A stretch of DNA of 59,900 nucleotides from an uncultured Actinomycetota bacterium (GCA_964426155.1 CAYROY010000107.1:1-59900); one strand, 5' to 3'; counted from the first letter of the stretch, positions 19,795-30,306 are shown. The notes: generated by a model not told the origin, from the letters alone. Made by a program: numbers and translations.

Positions 19795-20929
19795 AAGGGT
19801 ACTTATTACTGCAGGTGGAACGGGAGGTCATATCTACCCGGCGATAGCTTTGATAGAGTATATAAATAAAAATTATCCGGATACCAGCATTACTTTTATC
19901 GGTTCTGAAAGAGGGGCCGGAAAAAGGTTGATTGAAAGCATGGGAATCGGATTCTTTACCGTAAGAGCAAGAGGCCTTTCAGGGGAAAGAAAATTTTTTA
20001 GAAAGCTGAGTACTTATATATTATTTTTGATTTATCTCGTACCGGGTTTTATTAAATCATTTAGAATTTTAAGAGGGAAAAAGATAGAGATTGTTCTGGG
20101 AATGGGAGGGTATATTTGCGCACCAGTAATAATGGCTGCAATGGTAAGAAGAATACCTTTTTCGCTTCACGAACAAAATTATATCCCCGGCAGACTAAAC
20201 AGGCTGTCTTCCAGGTGGGCGAAATATTTTTTTATAAGCTTTGAAGATACCAGGAAATATATAGGTGTCAGAAATAAAAATATAGTATTTTCCGGAAATC
20301 CTGTTAGAGAGTCCATAAAAAAAATTGCAAGCCTGACACCATGCTATGAAAAGTGGGGGTTGAGAGAAGAAAGATTTACCTTAACAGTTTTAGGAGGAAG
20401 TCAGGGCTCTGAAAGGATTAATAATGTCATTATACAATTGTATGATTCTATTAGAAATGATTCCATGATACAAATATTCCTTATATCAGGTTCAAGATTT
20501 TATGATAATATAATTGAAAAGGTAAAAAAAATAAGAAGAGATAAGGATAGTGCTATTTTGAAAGTTTTTCCTTATGTAGATGAAATTGAGGAAATATACC
20601 GGATTACAGATCTATTAATTGCAAGAGCAGGGGCAAGCACTGTATTTGAAACTGCAACGGCGGTTATACCTTCAATTTTTATACCCTATCCGTTTGCAAT
20701 AGATAATCATCAATTTTATAATGCCCGCTATCTGGAGCAGAAAGGTGCGGCGGTGCTTATAGAGGAAGAGAAGCTAAATTCTGATCTTTTAGCAGAGAAT
20801 ATTAAAAATATCAGGGCAGACGGTATGAAAATGCATACCGAGATCAAAAATAAGTTGATGGAAATAAAGTTAAAGGACAGCCAGCGGATAATCTTAGCTG
20901 GATTGCTGGAGGATTATGTTGAACAATAA
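19778..20929 (+). CDS. murG: UDP-N-acetylglucosamine--N-acetylmuramyl-(pentapeptide) pyrophosphoryl-undecaprenol GlcNAc transferase
   Basis: GT28 N-terminal G-loop TAGGTGGHIYPA and C-terminal domain ...ARAGAST..E. Confidence 0.9.
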   Translation: MNRNIRRVLITAGGTGGHIYPAIALIEYINKNYPDTSITFIGSERGAGKRLIESMGIGFFTVRARGLSGERKFFRKLSTYILFLIYLVPGFIKSFRILRGKKIEIVLGMGGYICAPVIMAAMVRRIPFSLHEQNYIPGRLNRLSSRWAKYFFISFEDTRKYIGVRNKNIVFSGNPVRESIKKIASLTPCYEKWGLREERFTLTVLGGSQGSERINNVIIQLYDSIRNDSMIQIFLISGSRFYDNIIEKVKKIRRDKDSAILKVFPYVDEIEEIYRITDLLIARAGASTVFETATAVIPSIFIPYPFAIDNHQFYNARYLEQKGAAVLIEEEKLNSDLLAENIKNIRADGMKMHTEIKNKLMEIKLKDSQRIILAGLLEDYVEQ

Positions 20930-22301
20930 AAGAGATTCTTTGGAAAATAAAAAATATTTTTTAGTTGGCATAGGCGGAGCAGGGATGAGTGCAATAGCGC
21001 TGGTCCTGCAAGGTATGGGATATTATGTAAGAGGTTCAGATTTAAAAAGATCCAGGTATACGCGCACTCTTGAAACAGAAGGTATAGAAATATTGATAGG
21101 CCACAGGAGGGATAATATTGAGGGGTCTGATGCCGTAGTTTATTCTGCTGCAATTCAAAGTGATAACCCTGAGCTGAAGGAGGCTAGGTCAAAAGGCATA
21201 CCGGTCTATGAAAGATCAGATATTTTATCACGGCTACTGGACAGGGGAAAGGGAATTGCAGTTGCAGGTACTCACGGAAAGACAACCACAACTTCAATGA
21301 TATCAATGATTTTAAGGGGTCTTGGAATGGATCCCACGATTATAGTAGGAGGAGAACTGAATGAGCTGGGCTCCAATGCAATAAAAGGAAAAGGAGATTA
21401 TATTATAGCAGAAGCCTGCGAGAGTGACGGGTCATTTATTAAATACAGACCTTTTATAAGTGTTGTGACAAATATAGAGGAAGATCACCTTGATTATTAC
21501 AGGGATATGGATGAACTGAATTCCAGTTTTTTTCAATTTATCTCCAATACGAAAAAAAACGGTTTTATAGTCATAAATAGTGATGAAATAGACCTTACAG
21601 GCCTTTCAGATAGAAAGAATAGAAATATTATAACCTTTGGGCTTTCCAGTAAAAATGATTTATATGCTGATAATATTACTTACAGTAATCTTGGATCATC
21701 TTTTGAGCTAAATGAAAAAGGTGAGAAAAAATTAATAGTGGAACTTAATGTACCAGGTTTACATAATATTAAGAACAGCTTGGCTGCCCTGAGCGTATGC
21801 TCTGCACTTAACATCGATCTTGATAGGGCTAAGGAAGTTTTAAAATATTTTACAGGAGTAAAGAGAAGATTTGAAAAGAGAGGAGAAAAAAACGGGATAT
21901 TGGTATTTGATGATTATGCGCACCATCCCTCAGAAGTCAAAGCAACCCTTGAAGCTGCTGTTTTGAGTACCGGCAAAAGAAGGATCGTAACTGTATTTCA
22001 ACCCCATCGCTATTCCAGGCTTGCAAAGTTGAATAAAGATTTCAGCAGGGCTTTTGACAAAAGCGATGTTCTTATAATCACAGATGTATACGGTGCAGGA
22101 GAGCCGCCTGTACCGGGGATAAATGGTAAGATCCTTATTGATTCTATAATAGAAAGCGGTTATCCAAACAGGGTAATTTATATCCCTAAACTTTTAGATA
22201 TACCGGAATATCTTCAACAGGAGTTAAGGTCCGGTGATGTGCTGTTATTATTGGGAGCAGGAGACATAACCAGGGTTACTGATGAGATTCTCAAAAATTA
22301 A
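20916..22301 (+). CDS. murC: UDP-N-acetylmuramate--L-alanine ligase
   Basis: GIGGAGMSA N-terminal domain, P-loop VAGTHGKTTTTS, and DDYAHHPSE. Confidence 0.95.
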   Translation: MLNNKRDSLENKKYFLVGIGGAGMSAIALVLQGMGYYVRGSDLKRSRYTRTLETEGIEILIGHRRDNIEGSDAVVYSAAIQSDNPELKEARSKGIPVYERSDILSRLLDRGKGIAVAGTHGKTTTTSMISMILRGLGMDPTIIVGGELNELGSNAIKGKGDYIIAEACESDGSFIKYRPFISVVTNIEEDHLDYYRDMDELNSSFFQFISNTKKNGFIVINSDEIDLTGLSDRKNRNIITFGLSSKNDLYADNITYSNLGSSFELNEKGEKKLIVELNVPGLHNIKNSLAALSVCSALNIDLDRAKEVLKYFTGVKRRFEKRGEKNGILVFDDYAHHPSEVKATLEAAVLSTGKRRIVTVFQPHRYSRLAKLNKDFSRAFDKSDVLIITDVYGAGEPPVPGINGKILIDSIIESGYPNRVIYIPKLLDIPEYLQQELRSGDVLLLLGAGDITRVTDEILKN

Positions 22302-23196
22302 AAACATAATCAGGGAGCTGGGCGTCAAAAATATGTGTTTTAACTGCGATGCTTCAAAGCTATGTTCGATTGGAACAGGGGGAACGGCAGCAGTTCTTGT
22401 AACTGTGGATGATGAAAAAATACTTCTGAAACTTATTGAAGCTCTTGAATGCAACAGGATGAAATATGTTGTTATGGGTGATGGTACAAATACTGTATTT
22501 GGAGATGGTTTTATAGATTATGTAATCATCAGGCTGGGGAATTCTTTTAATAATATAAAATTAGGGAAAAAAGAAATTATAGCCGGTGCCGCAGTCAAAA
22601 CCTCGAAACTTGTATATGAAGCAGCAAGAGCTGGCCTTGACCTTTCTTTTTTGACCGGTATACCGGGAACGACTGGCGGTGCCATCTATGGAAATAGTGG
22701 TTCAAATGGAATATGGATAGCAGATTTTATAAAAAGTTTGCGATATATAGCCTATAATAAAGGTAGTTTTTTCATAACTGAATGTGAAAGGAAAGACATA
22801 AAATCGGGTTATAGACATTCTGTTATTCCCGAGATGGCAGTAATAATTTCTGCTGTTTTTGAACCTCACACAGAAGATCTATTGGTACTGGAGAAAAAAA
22901 TAAAGGAAAATAACAGAATAAGAAAAATGACACAACCAGTCGGAATGAAGACAAGCGGCTGTTTTTTTAAAAATCCTGAGGTTATAAATATATCTGCTGG
23001 TACTTTAATAGATGAATGTGGTTTAAAAGGATTTATATATGGCGGGGCAAGAGTTTCACCGTTACATGCCAATTTTATAGAAAATTATAAGGGAGCATCT
23101 TCAGGAGATATAATGGTTCTGTCAAGGATAGTAAAAGAGAAAGTAAAAGAAAGGCATTCCGTAGAACTGGAATACGAAATAAGATATGTGGGTTAG
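22282..23196 (+). CDS. murB: UDP-N-acetylenolpyruvoylglucosamine reductase
   Basis: FAD-binding PCMH-type domain (GTGGTA..., GDGTN, PGTTGGAIYGN) and C-terminal MurB domain (SGCFFKNP). Confidence 0.9.
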   Translation: MRFSKIKNIIRELGVKNMCFNCDASKLCSIGTGGTAAVLVTVDDEKILLKLIEALECNRMKYVVMGDGTNTVFGDGFIDYVIIRLGNSFNNIKLGKKEIIAGAAVKTSKLVYEAARAGLDLSFLTGIPGTTGGAIYGNSGSNGIWIADFIKSLRYIAYNKGSFFITECERKDIKSGYRHSVIPEMAVIISAVFEPHTEDLLVLEKKIKENNRIRKMTQPVGMKTSGCFFKNPEVINISAGTLIDECGLKGFIYGGARVSPLHANFIENYKGASSGDIMVLSRIVKEKVKERHSVELEYEIRYVG

Positions 23197-23201
23197 GAAA
23201 T

Positions 23202-24185
23202 ATGCAAGACATAAATGAAATTTTTAGTGATATTGAAATCAGAAAAATGAAAAATGATTTGAGTGTAGGAGTTATTGCAGGAGGCATGTCTTCCGAGCGG
23301 GAAGTTTCCTTAAAAACAGGAAGAAACATCCTGGAGTCCCTCATAAGATCTGGATATAATGCATATTTTCTGGATCCGGGATCGAATGATTTTATAGAAA
23401 AAATCAAAAATATAGATGTAGCTTTTATGGCCCTGCACGGGAAGCTTGGAGAAGACGGAACGGTGCAGGGAATGCTTGAACTGCTGAGGATACCGTATAC
23501 AGGATCAGGTGTTCTTTCAAGTGCGCTGGTTATGGATAAGATACTTTCCAAGCAGATAATGATATCTAAGGATATACCCACGCCTGAATATATAGAGATT
23601 AGCATGGAAGGTAATGGGCATAGCGAAGATGAGATTGACAGAGATATAATAGAAAAAATCGGCTATCCTGTAATGGTAAAACCAAATACAGGTGGGTCCA
23701 CTATAGGGATAAATCTCATAAAAAACAGAAAATTCCTTAAAGAGGGTATTGAAATAGCCTCACGGTACGATAGGAAAATACTTATTGAGAAATATATTAT
23801 TGGAAGGGAACTAACAGTAGGGATAATAGGCAGGAATCCTGTACCGCTACCAATAATAGAGATAAAACCTGGCCATAGCTTTTATGATTATAAATCAAAA
23901 TATACTGAGAACATGACCAGATATTTGATACCTGCTCCTTTAAAAAAAGAACTGACTGAAGAAATATTGGACATTTCCCTTAAGTGCCATACGATTTTTG
24001 ACTGCTACGGTATATCAAGAGTGGATTTAATACTTGATAATAATTTACCTTATGTTCTTGAGGTCAATACAATGCCGGGCATGACAGAAACGAGCCTTGT
24101 TCCAAAGGCTGCAGATTCTGCAGGTATAAAATTTGATCATCTTGTTGAAATAATACTCGACACTGCAGATATTAAAATTAATTGA
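23202..24185 (+). CDS. ddl: D-alanine--D-alanine ligase
   Basis: GGMSSEREVSL, LHGKLGEDGTVQG, an ATP-grasp body, and LEVNTMPGMT. Confidence 0.95.
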   Translation: MQDINEIFSDIEIRKMKNDLSVGVIAGGMSSEREVSLKTGRNILESLIRSGYNAYFLDPGSNDFIEKIKNIDVAFMALHGKLGEDGTVQGMLELLRIPYTGSGVLSSALVMDKILSKQIMISKDIPTPEYIEISMEGNGHSEDEIDRDIIEKIGYPVMVKPNTGGSTIGINLIKNRKFLKEGIEIASRYDRKILIEKYIIGRELTVGIIGRNPVPLPIIEIKPGHSFYDYKSKYTENMTRYLIPAPLKKELTEEILDISLKCHTIFDCYGISRVDLILDNNLPYVLEVNTMPGMTETSLVPKAADSAGIKFDHLVEIILDTADIKIN

Positions 24186-24186
24186 T

Positions 24187-24969
24187 GTGACTAAATCAAA
24201 AAAAGAAGACAACATAGTTAAACTAAGGACAAGGAGGGTTGTAGCCAGAAGGGTATGGGTGGCTTTAAGAGTATTTCTTATTCTTGCAGTTTTTGCAGCT
24301 GCCCTGTGGGGTTTAAATTATTTCTACAATAGTAATTATTTCAGGGTCAAAGAAATAAATATTGAGGGGAACAACCATTACGGTAATGATGATTTTAATA
24401 ATTTACTGGATGGTGTTATAGGGATGAATATATTTGAAGTGGATAAGAAATCAATAGAGGATTCCCTTACTGATAATATGGTCTGGATAAAGACTTCAGA
24501 ATTGAAAAAGATATTTCCTGACAGGATAGATCTTCTTATAGAAGAGAGAAGACCTTATCTGATACTGGATAATGGAAAAGCCTGTTATCTTGTGGATTAC
24601 GAGGGTGTTGTCCTTGCTAAAATGAATAAAAGCACGCCTGGCGAATACAATGATCTGGTTAAGGTATGCGGTGCAATAGAATATGATCCCAAAGAAGGAG
24701 AGGTTATCGCCAGGAAAGACATATTAAGCTGTGCCGATATTTACAGGGGATTGGATCCACAGACGAAAAGCTTGATAAAAGAAGCGGGAATTGAAGATAG
24801 TATATATGGTGATATTTTTTTTATTACATTCTCAGGATTAAAAATAGTATTTGGAGATAGTGAAGAAATTGTAAAAAAGATCGAGGTGTTAAAACTATTA
24901 TTAAAAGAAGATGCAAATTATATTATAATTGACCTGAGAAATCCCGATAATCCGGTATTGAAATATTAA
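24187..24969 (+). CDS. ftsQ: Cell division protein FtsQ/DivIB
   Basis: N-terminal TM helix, POTRA-like segment (FRVKEINIEGNNHY) and an FtsQ-type C-terminal domain, positioned between ddl and ftsA. Confidence 0.8.
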   Translation: MTKSKKEDNIVKLRTRRVVARRVWVALRVFLILAVFAAALWGLNYFYNSNYFRVKEINIEGNNHYGNDDFNNLLDGVIGMNIFEVDKKSIEDSLTDNMVWIKTSELKKIFPDRIDLLIEERRPYLILDNGKACYLVDYEGVVLAKMNKSTPGEYNDLVKVCGAIEYDPKEGEVIARKDILSCADIYRGLDPQTKSLIKEAGIEDSIYGDIFFITFSGLKIVFGDSEEIVKKIEVLKLLLKEDANYIIIDLRNPDNPVLKY

Positions 24970-24981
24970 TTGGAGGTTTTT

Positions 24982-26226
24982 TTGTCAGGAAGGGACACTT
25001 ATTTAGTAGGTATTGATATTGGTACCACTAAAGTAGTTACAATTATTGGAGATGTTGGTAAGAATAACGTACTCAGGGTTAAGGGGTATGGTGTTTCAGA
25101 TTGTAGAGGAATGAAAAAGGGTCTGGTAGTAGATATAAACGAGGCTACAAGATCAGTTTTAAAATCAGTAGAAAATGCAGAGAAGTCCACTAAATATTTT
25201 ATCGACAGTGCATTTATAGGTGTCACAGGTAAACATATTTCCTTTTTAATAAACAGGAGTGAATTAAATATTAATTCACCAAATCATATCATAAGAAAAA
25301 ACGATGTAGACAGGTTGATTGCTCTCGCAAACAGGGTGAATTTATCATCGTCAAAAGAGATAATCCATACGTTAATAAAGCAATTTATTATAGATGATGA
25401 AAAAGGCATTGTAGATCCTGTAGGACTTTCCGGAAACAGGCTGGCTGTTGAACTTCTTGCTATATATGGTTCTTCTCTTCAGATTAGCAATGTGGTCAAT
25501 ACATTGAAGGCTTCAAAAATAGCAGTTGATGACATAATACTGGAAGCCCTGGCTTCCAGTGAAGCGGTGTTGACTCCTGAAGAAAAAGAAAGTGGCGTGA
25601 TAGTACTTGATATAGGAGGGGGTACCACAGATATCGCAGTATACAGGAGCAGAAAAATGATATTTACATATTGCCTGCCTGTAGGGGGTAATCTGATTAC
25701 GAATGATATATCTGTAGGCCTCAATACAACTTTTACTAAAGCAGAGGAAATAAAGAAAAAATATGCGAATGTGGACTATAATTTTTATGACAATCTCAGT
25801 AAGATAAACATGGGTGAAATAAAAATAAATAGAAATAAGACAGCATTAAATATAAGGTTATATAATATCGTGAATTCGAGAGTAAAAGAGTTACTGGAGT
25901 TGATAAAAGAAAAAGTCGAAGATCATGGTTTTATAAACTCACTTCCCTGCGGGCTGGTAATAACCGGAGGTACGTCATCCTTAAAGGGAATAAAGACACT
26001 GGCATCTTCAGTATTCGACATGCCAGTAAGACTCGGGGTTCCATATGAGGTTGAAGGTCCGCCTGAGGTGATAAATGAACCAGCATATGCCACCAGTGTG
26101 GGAATTCTTAAATACGCTTATCAGCTGAAGAATTTCGCTGATCCGGATATTATAGAAGGCGGCTCGGGGAATGGTAGTTTTATAAAAAAATTCAAAGATT
26201 TTATTTCTAAGATATTAAAGAATTAA
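24982..26226 (+). CDS. ftsA: Cell division protein FtsA
   Basis: Actin-fold phosphate-1 motif [10 protein letters not shown], later DIGGGTTD and ITGGTS. GGAGG at 24972-24976 favours TTG 24982 over TTG 24970. Confidence 0.9.
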   Translation: MSGRDTYLVGIDIGTTKVVTIIGDVGKNNVLRVKGYGVSDCRGMKKGLVVDINEATRSVLKSVENAEKSTKYFIDSAFIGVTGKHISFLINRSELNINSPNHIIRKNDVDRLIALANRVNLSSSKEIIHTLIKQFIIDDEKGIVDPVGLSGNRLAVELLAIYGSSLQISNVVNTLKASKIAVDDIILEALASSEAVLTPEEKESGVIVLDIGGGTTDIAVYRSRKMIFTYCLPVGGNLITNDISVGLNTTFTKAEEIKKKYANVDYNFYDNLSKINMGEIKINRNKTALNIRLYNIVNSRVKELLELIKEKVEDHGFINSLPCGLVITGGTSSLKGIKTLASSVFDMPVRLGVPYEVEGPPEVINEPAYATSVGILKYAYQLKNFADPDIIEGGSGNGSFIKKFKDFISKILKN

Positions 26227-26240
26227 GGGGAGGTAGGAAG

Positions 26241-27410
26241 GTGACACTGGATTTTGATAAAAGTTATTATGCTGTTATACGAGTTATAGGTGTTGGCGGA
26301 GGAGGAAGCAATGCCATAAACAGGATGATGGAGGATAACCTCAGCGGATGCGAGTTTGTTGCGATAAATACAGATGCACAGGCCCTGATGATGTCAAATG
26401 CAGACAGAAAGGTCCTGATAGGTGATAAAGGACTGGGTGCTGGATCAAATCCTGAAGTTGGGAAAATGGCCGCTGAAAAATCAGTGGAAGCTATTAAGGA
26501 AACTGTAAAAGATGCAGATATGGTTTTCCTTACTCTTGGTGAAGGAGGAGGTACCGGGACCGGTGCCACTCCTGTGATTGCAAAGATAGCAAGAGAAGCA
26601 GGTTGCCTTACAGTTGCAGTTGTAACAAAACCTTTTTCTTTTGAAGGCTATAAGCGTATGGCACAGGCAGAGGAAGGAATCAGGTCCCTCAGGTCAATGG
26701 TAGATACCCTGATAGTTATTCCAAATGATAAACTACTTGAGATCGCTGATGATAATACAACCTTGCTAAATGCCTTTAAGCTTGCAGACAATGTACTTAA
26801 AGCCGGGGTACGGGGCGTAACTGACCTTATAACTCTGCCGGGTCTTATTAACCTTGATTTCGCAGATGTCAAATCTATAATCAAGGATGCAGGAAATGCA
26901 ATCCTGGGGGAAGGCGTAGCATCAGGAGACAACAGGGCAATAAAAGCTGCCCAGAATGCGATTAGCAGTCCACTTATAGAAGATTCAATAGACGGTGCAA
27001 CCGGAATACTTTTAAATATCTCTGGTGGTCCTGATTTAAAGCTTTTTGAAATAAACGAAGCAGCAGAGATAGTGAGAAATGCTTCAAGCCATGATGCAAA
27101 TATAATTTTTGGTTCCGTAATAGACGAAAAAATGAATGACAAAATAAAGGTTACCATAATTGCTACCGGTTTTACTTCTACAGTAGGAAAAACTGTTGTG
27201 TCTGAAGAAGGGGACAAAAAGCAAATAGAGGTAGAAAGTGATGCCGACATTAAAAAGGCTCTGAGTAAAAAATTGGATATATTTGAAAAAGAAATAATAG
27301 AAGAAGAGAAAGAACCTGCGATTGATAAGTATTCTGAAGATGACTTTTCTGAAATAAATGACGATGATTATCTTGATATACCGACATTTTTAAGAAAAGA
27401 TAAAAAATAA
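26241..27410 (+). CDS. ftsZ: Cell division GTPase FtsZ
   Basis: GVGGGGSNA, tubulin signature [15 protein letters not shown], and the conserved C-terminal peptide [14 protein letters not shown] start with a GGAGG RBS. Confidence 0.97.
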   Translation: MTLDFDKSYYAVIRVIGVGGGGSNAINRMMEDNLSGCEFVAINTDAQALMMSNADRKVLIGDKGLGAGSNPEVGKMAAEKSVEAIKETVKDADMVFLTLGEGGGTGTGATPVIAKIAREAGCLTVAVVTKPFSFEGYKRMAQAEEGIRSLRSMVDTLIVIPNDKLLEIADDNTTLLNAFKLADNVLKAGVRGVTDLITLPGLINLDFADVKSIIKDAGNAILGEGVASGDNRAIKAAQNAISSPLIEDSIDGATGILLNISGGPDLKLFEINEAAEIVRNASSHDANIIFGSVIDEKMNDKIKVTIIATGFTSTVGKTVVSEEGDKKQIEVESDADIKKALSKKLDIFEKEIIEEEKEPAIDKYSEDDFSEINDDDYLDIPTFLRKDKK

Positions 27411-27462
27411 TTAGATAAAGCCAATTTTTATTATGATAAAAAATAATTATCCGGGAGGCAAG

Positions 27463-27942
27463 ATGGACGGATTTTTCAGAAAGACTCTTTCTTTTTTTGG
27501 ACTGGCTGATGACGAAGAAATAGAAGTTGGAGAAAATGAAAAAATGGATACCCGGAGTATGAAAAATCTATCCATACAGGAATCCAGAAATTTTAAAGAA
27601 CCTGCCTATAAAAAATTGCATACCCGGAAAAAAGTATCGTTAATAAGCACCAGGGATGCTAAAAAAGCGAAGGTTTTTGTTGCTGAACCAGAAGAATATG
27701 AGGAAATAAAAATGGTTGCAGATAATTTTAAAAATGAAATCCCGGTAATAATCAATCTTCAGAAAGTGGATCAGGAACTTTCCAAAAGAATCATTGATTT
27801 TTGCAGCGGTCTTACATATGCATTGGAAGGAGATATAAAAAAGGTAGCCGACAGAGTATTTTTAATAACCCCTTCATGCATAGAAGTCAGTTCAAGAGAA
27901 AGTGATTTTCTAAAAGAAGATGGTTTTTTAAATACATTTTAG
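27463..27942 (+). CDS. sepF: Cell division protein SepF
   Basis: Canonical N-terminal membrane-targeting start MDGFFRKTLSFFGL and a C-terminal SepF domain (VIINLQKVD...RIIDFCSG). GGGAGG RBS at 27453-27458. Confidence 0.85.
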   Translation: MDGFFRKTLSFFGLADDEEIEVGENEKMDTRSMKNLSIQESRNFKEPAYKKLHTRKKVSLISTRDAKKAKVFVAEPEEYEEIKMVADNFKNEIPVIINLQKVDQELSKRIIDFCSGLTYALEGDIKKVADRVFLITPSCIEVSSRESDFLKEDGFLNTF

Positions 27943-27967
27943 TCAGGTTTTAAAGGAAGGAACAGGT

Positions 27968-28786
27968 TTGAGTGAATTCATGTTATCATTTATTGGATGT
28001 GGAAATATGGGAGAGGCAATATTAAAAGGTGTCCTTGATTCTTCTTTTCTTGACGCCAGCCGGGTTACGTTTTATGAAAAGAGTAATTCCAGAAGAGATT
28101 ATATAAAAGATAATTACGGTATATTGCCTTCTGAAGACATATGTTCTGCGGTCAGGCGTTCAAAATATATTTTATTTGCAATAAAACCACAGAATATAAA
28201 AAAAGCTGTAAGTGAAATTTCAGGCTGCTTTTCAAAAGATTTTAACATTATTATAAGCATAGCTGCGGGTATAAGCACTGCATTTTACGAAAAAGAATTC
28301 GGTAAGGGAACTTCTGTTATCAGGATTATGCCGAATGCTCCAGCAATGTATAAAAGGGGTATGAGCACCGTAAGCAGAGGAAGATTTTCTTCTAAAGAGC
28401 ATGAGGATTTTGCTTTAAAACTTATGAGAATGTTAGGGGAATGTATTGTGATAGAAGAAAATCTTCAGGATATATCAACAGCAATCAATGGAAGCGGACC
28501 TGCTTATTTTTTTGTTTTTTGCAGCTCTCTTATAGAAGCTGCAGTAAAAAACGGAATCAGCAGAAAATTAGCAGGAAAGCTTGTAGCAGAGACGATGATA
28601 GGTTCGGGATTTATGCTTAAGGAAGAAGGATTTGAAATAGACAGATTAATCAAGAAGATAGCTTCGCCCGGAGGAACGACCGAGAGTGCCCTGAAAATAT
28701 TTATGGATGAGGGAATTAGAAATATTATAGAGAATGCTGTAGAAAGTGCTTTAGAACGCTCAAGAGAAATTGAAAAAGAGGTGTAA
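27968..28786 (+). CDS. proC: Pyrroline-5-carboxylate reductase
   Basis: FIGCGNMGEAI NADP-binding fold, IRIMPNAP, and the C-terminal SPGGTTE motif. Confidence 0.9.
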   Translation: MSEFMLSFIGCGNMGEAILKGVLDSSFLDASRVTFYEKSNSRRDYIKDNYGILPSEDICSAVRRSKYILFAIKPQNIKKAVSEISGCFSKDFNIIISIAAGISTAFYEKEFGKGTSVIRIMPNAPAMYKRGMSTVSRGRFSSKEHEDFALKLMRMLGECIVIEENLQDISTAINGSGPAYFFVFCSSLIEAAVKNGISRKLAGKLVAETMIGSGFMLKEEGFEIDRLIKKIASPGGTTESALKIFMDEGIRNIIENAVESALERSREIEKEV

Positions 28787-29084
28787 TAGGAGATTGGCTA
28801 TATTCTTTGAAATATTGATTTTTATTTTAAGAATATATTCCTATATCTTATTTTTAAGGGTAATTCTGTCATGGTTTAGAATATCACCCGGGTATGGGTT
28901 ATGGGGGAGGATTTATAAATTCCTTATTTATATAACCGATCCGGTCCTTATACCATTTAGAAGGATAATACCACTTGTAAGGTTAGGCGGATCATATTTA
29001 GATCTCTCTTATATTGCTGCATTTTTAGTGGTACAATTGATAGTAGTTCTATTAAGATTTGTAGTCATTAGATATATATATTGA
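28770..29084 (+). CDS. yggT: YggT-family membrane protein
   Basis: About 100 aa with two TM helices and the LFLRVILSWF..., PVLIPFRRIIP pattern typical of YggT/YlmG. The start codon is uncertain. Confidence 0.8.
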   Translation: MKKRCNRRLAIFFEILIFILRIYSYILFLRVILSWFRISPGYGLWGRIYKFLIYITDPVLIPFRRIIPLVRLGGSYLDLSYIAAFLVVQLIVVLLRFVVIRYIY

Positions 29085-29100
29085 CAATATATATATCTAA
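29068..29100. repeat. Perfect 33-nt palindrome spanning the yggT stop
   Basis: TTAGATATATATATTG-A-CAATATATATATCTAA: 16-nt arms around one central base, with no mismatch. TTGACA sits at its centre (29081-29086). Confidence 0.9.
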
Positions 29101-29123
29101 AAAAATAATAAATGGAGGTAGAT

Positions 29124-30044
29124 ATGGGCCTGAGTTCAGAAAACATACAAAAAAAGGAATTTCATATAGTTTTCAAGGGATATAAGCCTGAAGAAGTTGA
29201 TAAATTTCTGGATGTTCTTTCAGTAGAGTTCGAAGGGATGCAAAGGAGAATAAGGGATCTGGAAGAAAAAATTGAGAGTCTCAAGTATGAAGGAGATAGC
29301 GAATCTTTACAGATGAAAAAAGTTATACAGGAGGCACTTGTATCAGCACATCGCGTAGCTCAGGAGATAAAGAGAAAGGCAAGAGTAGAAGCAGAAGAAT
29401 TTGTTAGTAAAATGAAAGTTAAGGAAGAACAGGAACTTAGAGATATTAAAGATGAGAAAAAACTGATCGAAGCCGATATTTCAAGGTTAAAAATGGAATA
29501 TAGTGATTTTAAGGAACGGATAACCAGATTTGCTGACGATTTTAAACAGAAGACATTGAATATGAAAAACAGCATCATGCTGGACGAATTAGAAGGTGTA
29601 AATCATAAACATGGTGAAGGGGAGGGGACTGGATCAGAAAATAGAGGTACAGATCAAGACCTTGTCACTAAAGAAGAAACAGGAACTTCTGATGAGCCTT
29701 CAGAAGGACAAGAGGATAGACAAATAGAAGAAGAAAAGATAGAGGATTCCGATCTTTCATGGGAAAGTAAGGAAAGTAAGAAAATATCCACTGACCCAGA
29801 AAAGGAGCAGGGGGATATAAATGAAGAATTGGGCAATAATGAATTAAAGGAGCTTGCTTCACTTACTGATGAGATGCTTGAAAGATTGAATAAAGAGAAT
29901 GATAATAATATTGATCACGAAAATACAGATTTAGATGAACCGGAGAAAAATAAAGAAGAAGATAAGGGAAAAATAAACAGGAAGAAGATAGACATTGCAA
30001 ATCCGGATATAATCAATAATTTTTTTAAAACAGATGAAGAATAA
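29124..30044 (+). CDS. divIVA: DivIVA-domain cell division/polarity protein with a long acidic tail
   Basis: N-terminal DivIVA motif (IQKKEFHIVFKGYKPEEVDKFLD), a coiled coil, then a roughly 140-aa E/D/K-rich low-complexity C-terminus. GGAGG at 29114-29118 favours ATG 29124. Confidence 0.85.
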   Translation: MGLSSENIQKKEFHIVFKGYKPEEVDKFLDVLSVEFEGMQRRIRDLEEKIESLKYEGDSESLQMKKVIQEALVSAHRVAQEIKRKARVEAEEFVSKMKVKEEQELRDIKDEKKLIEADISRLKMEYSDFKERITRFADDFKQKTLNMKNSIMLDELEGVNHKHGEGEGTGSENRGTDQDLVTKEETGTSDEPSEGQEDRQIEEEKIEDSDLSWESKESKKISTDPEKEQGDINEELGNNELKELASLTDEMLERLNKENDNNIDHENTDLDEPEKNKEEDKGKINRKKIDIANPDIINNFFKTDEE

Positions 30045-30306
30045 TATACTTGATGTTTATGTAAGACCTGGCTCTTACGTGGCAGGCGTAGAGGGTATGT
30101 ATGACAGATGGTTAAAAATCAAAATATCAGCCCCCCCACAAAAGGGGAAAGCAAACAGAGAACTTATAGATCTGCTTTCTGAAATAATTGGCGTAAGTAA
30201 GAATAAAATAGAGATAATCTCGGGTATCTCTTCAAATTATAAGAAGATCCGCATAAATACCACTTCAAATAAGAATTACCTGGATATAATTCTACGAAGT
30301 ATTTAA
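30034..30306 (+). CDS. yggU: DUF167 (YggU) family protein
   Basis: 90 aa with the V.PG....V.G....LKIK..APP..GKAN.ELI..L pattern typical of YggU. Overlaps the divIVA stop by 11 nt. Confidence 0.8.
   Translation: MKNNILDVYVRPGSYVAGVEGMYDRWLKIKISAPPQKGKANRELIDLLSEIIGVSKNKIEIISGISSNYKKIRINTTSNKNYLDIILRSI

Noticed and set aside
23075-23605. 176-aa antisense ORF spanning the murB/ddl junction
   Set aside because: It overlaps two well-supported + strand genes and has no family resemblance.
26267-27250. 100-aa and 200-aa antisense ORFs opposite ftsZ
   Set aside because: ftsZ on the + strand is unambiguous. The antisense products are Ser/Pro/Ile-rich with no recognisable fold. Long antisense frames are expected opposite Gly/Ala/Asp/Glu-rich coding sequence.
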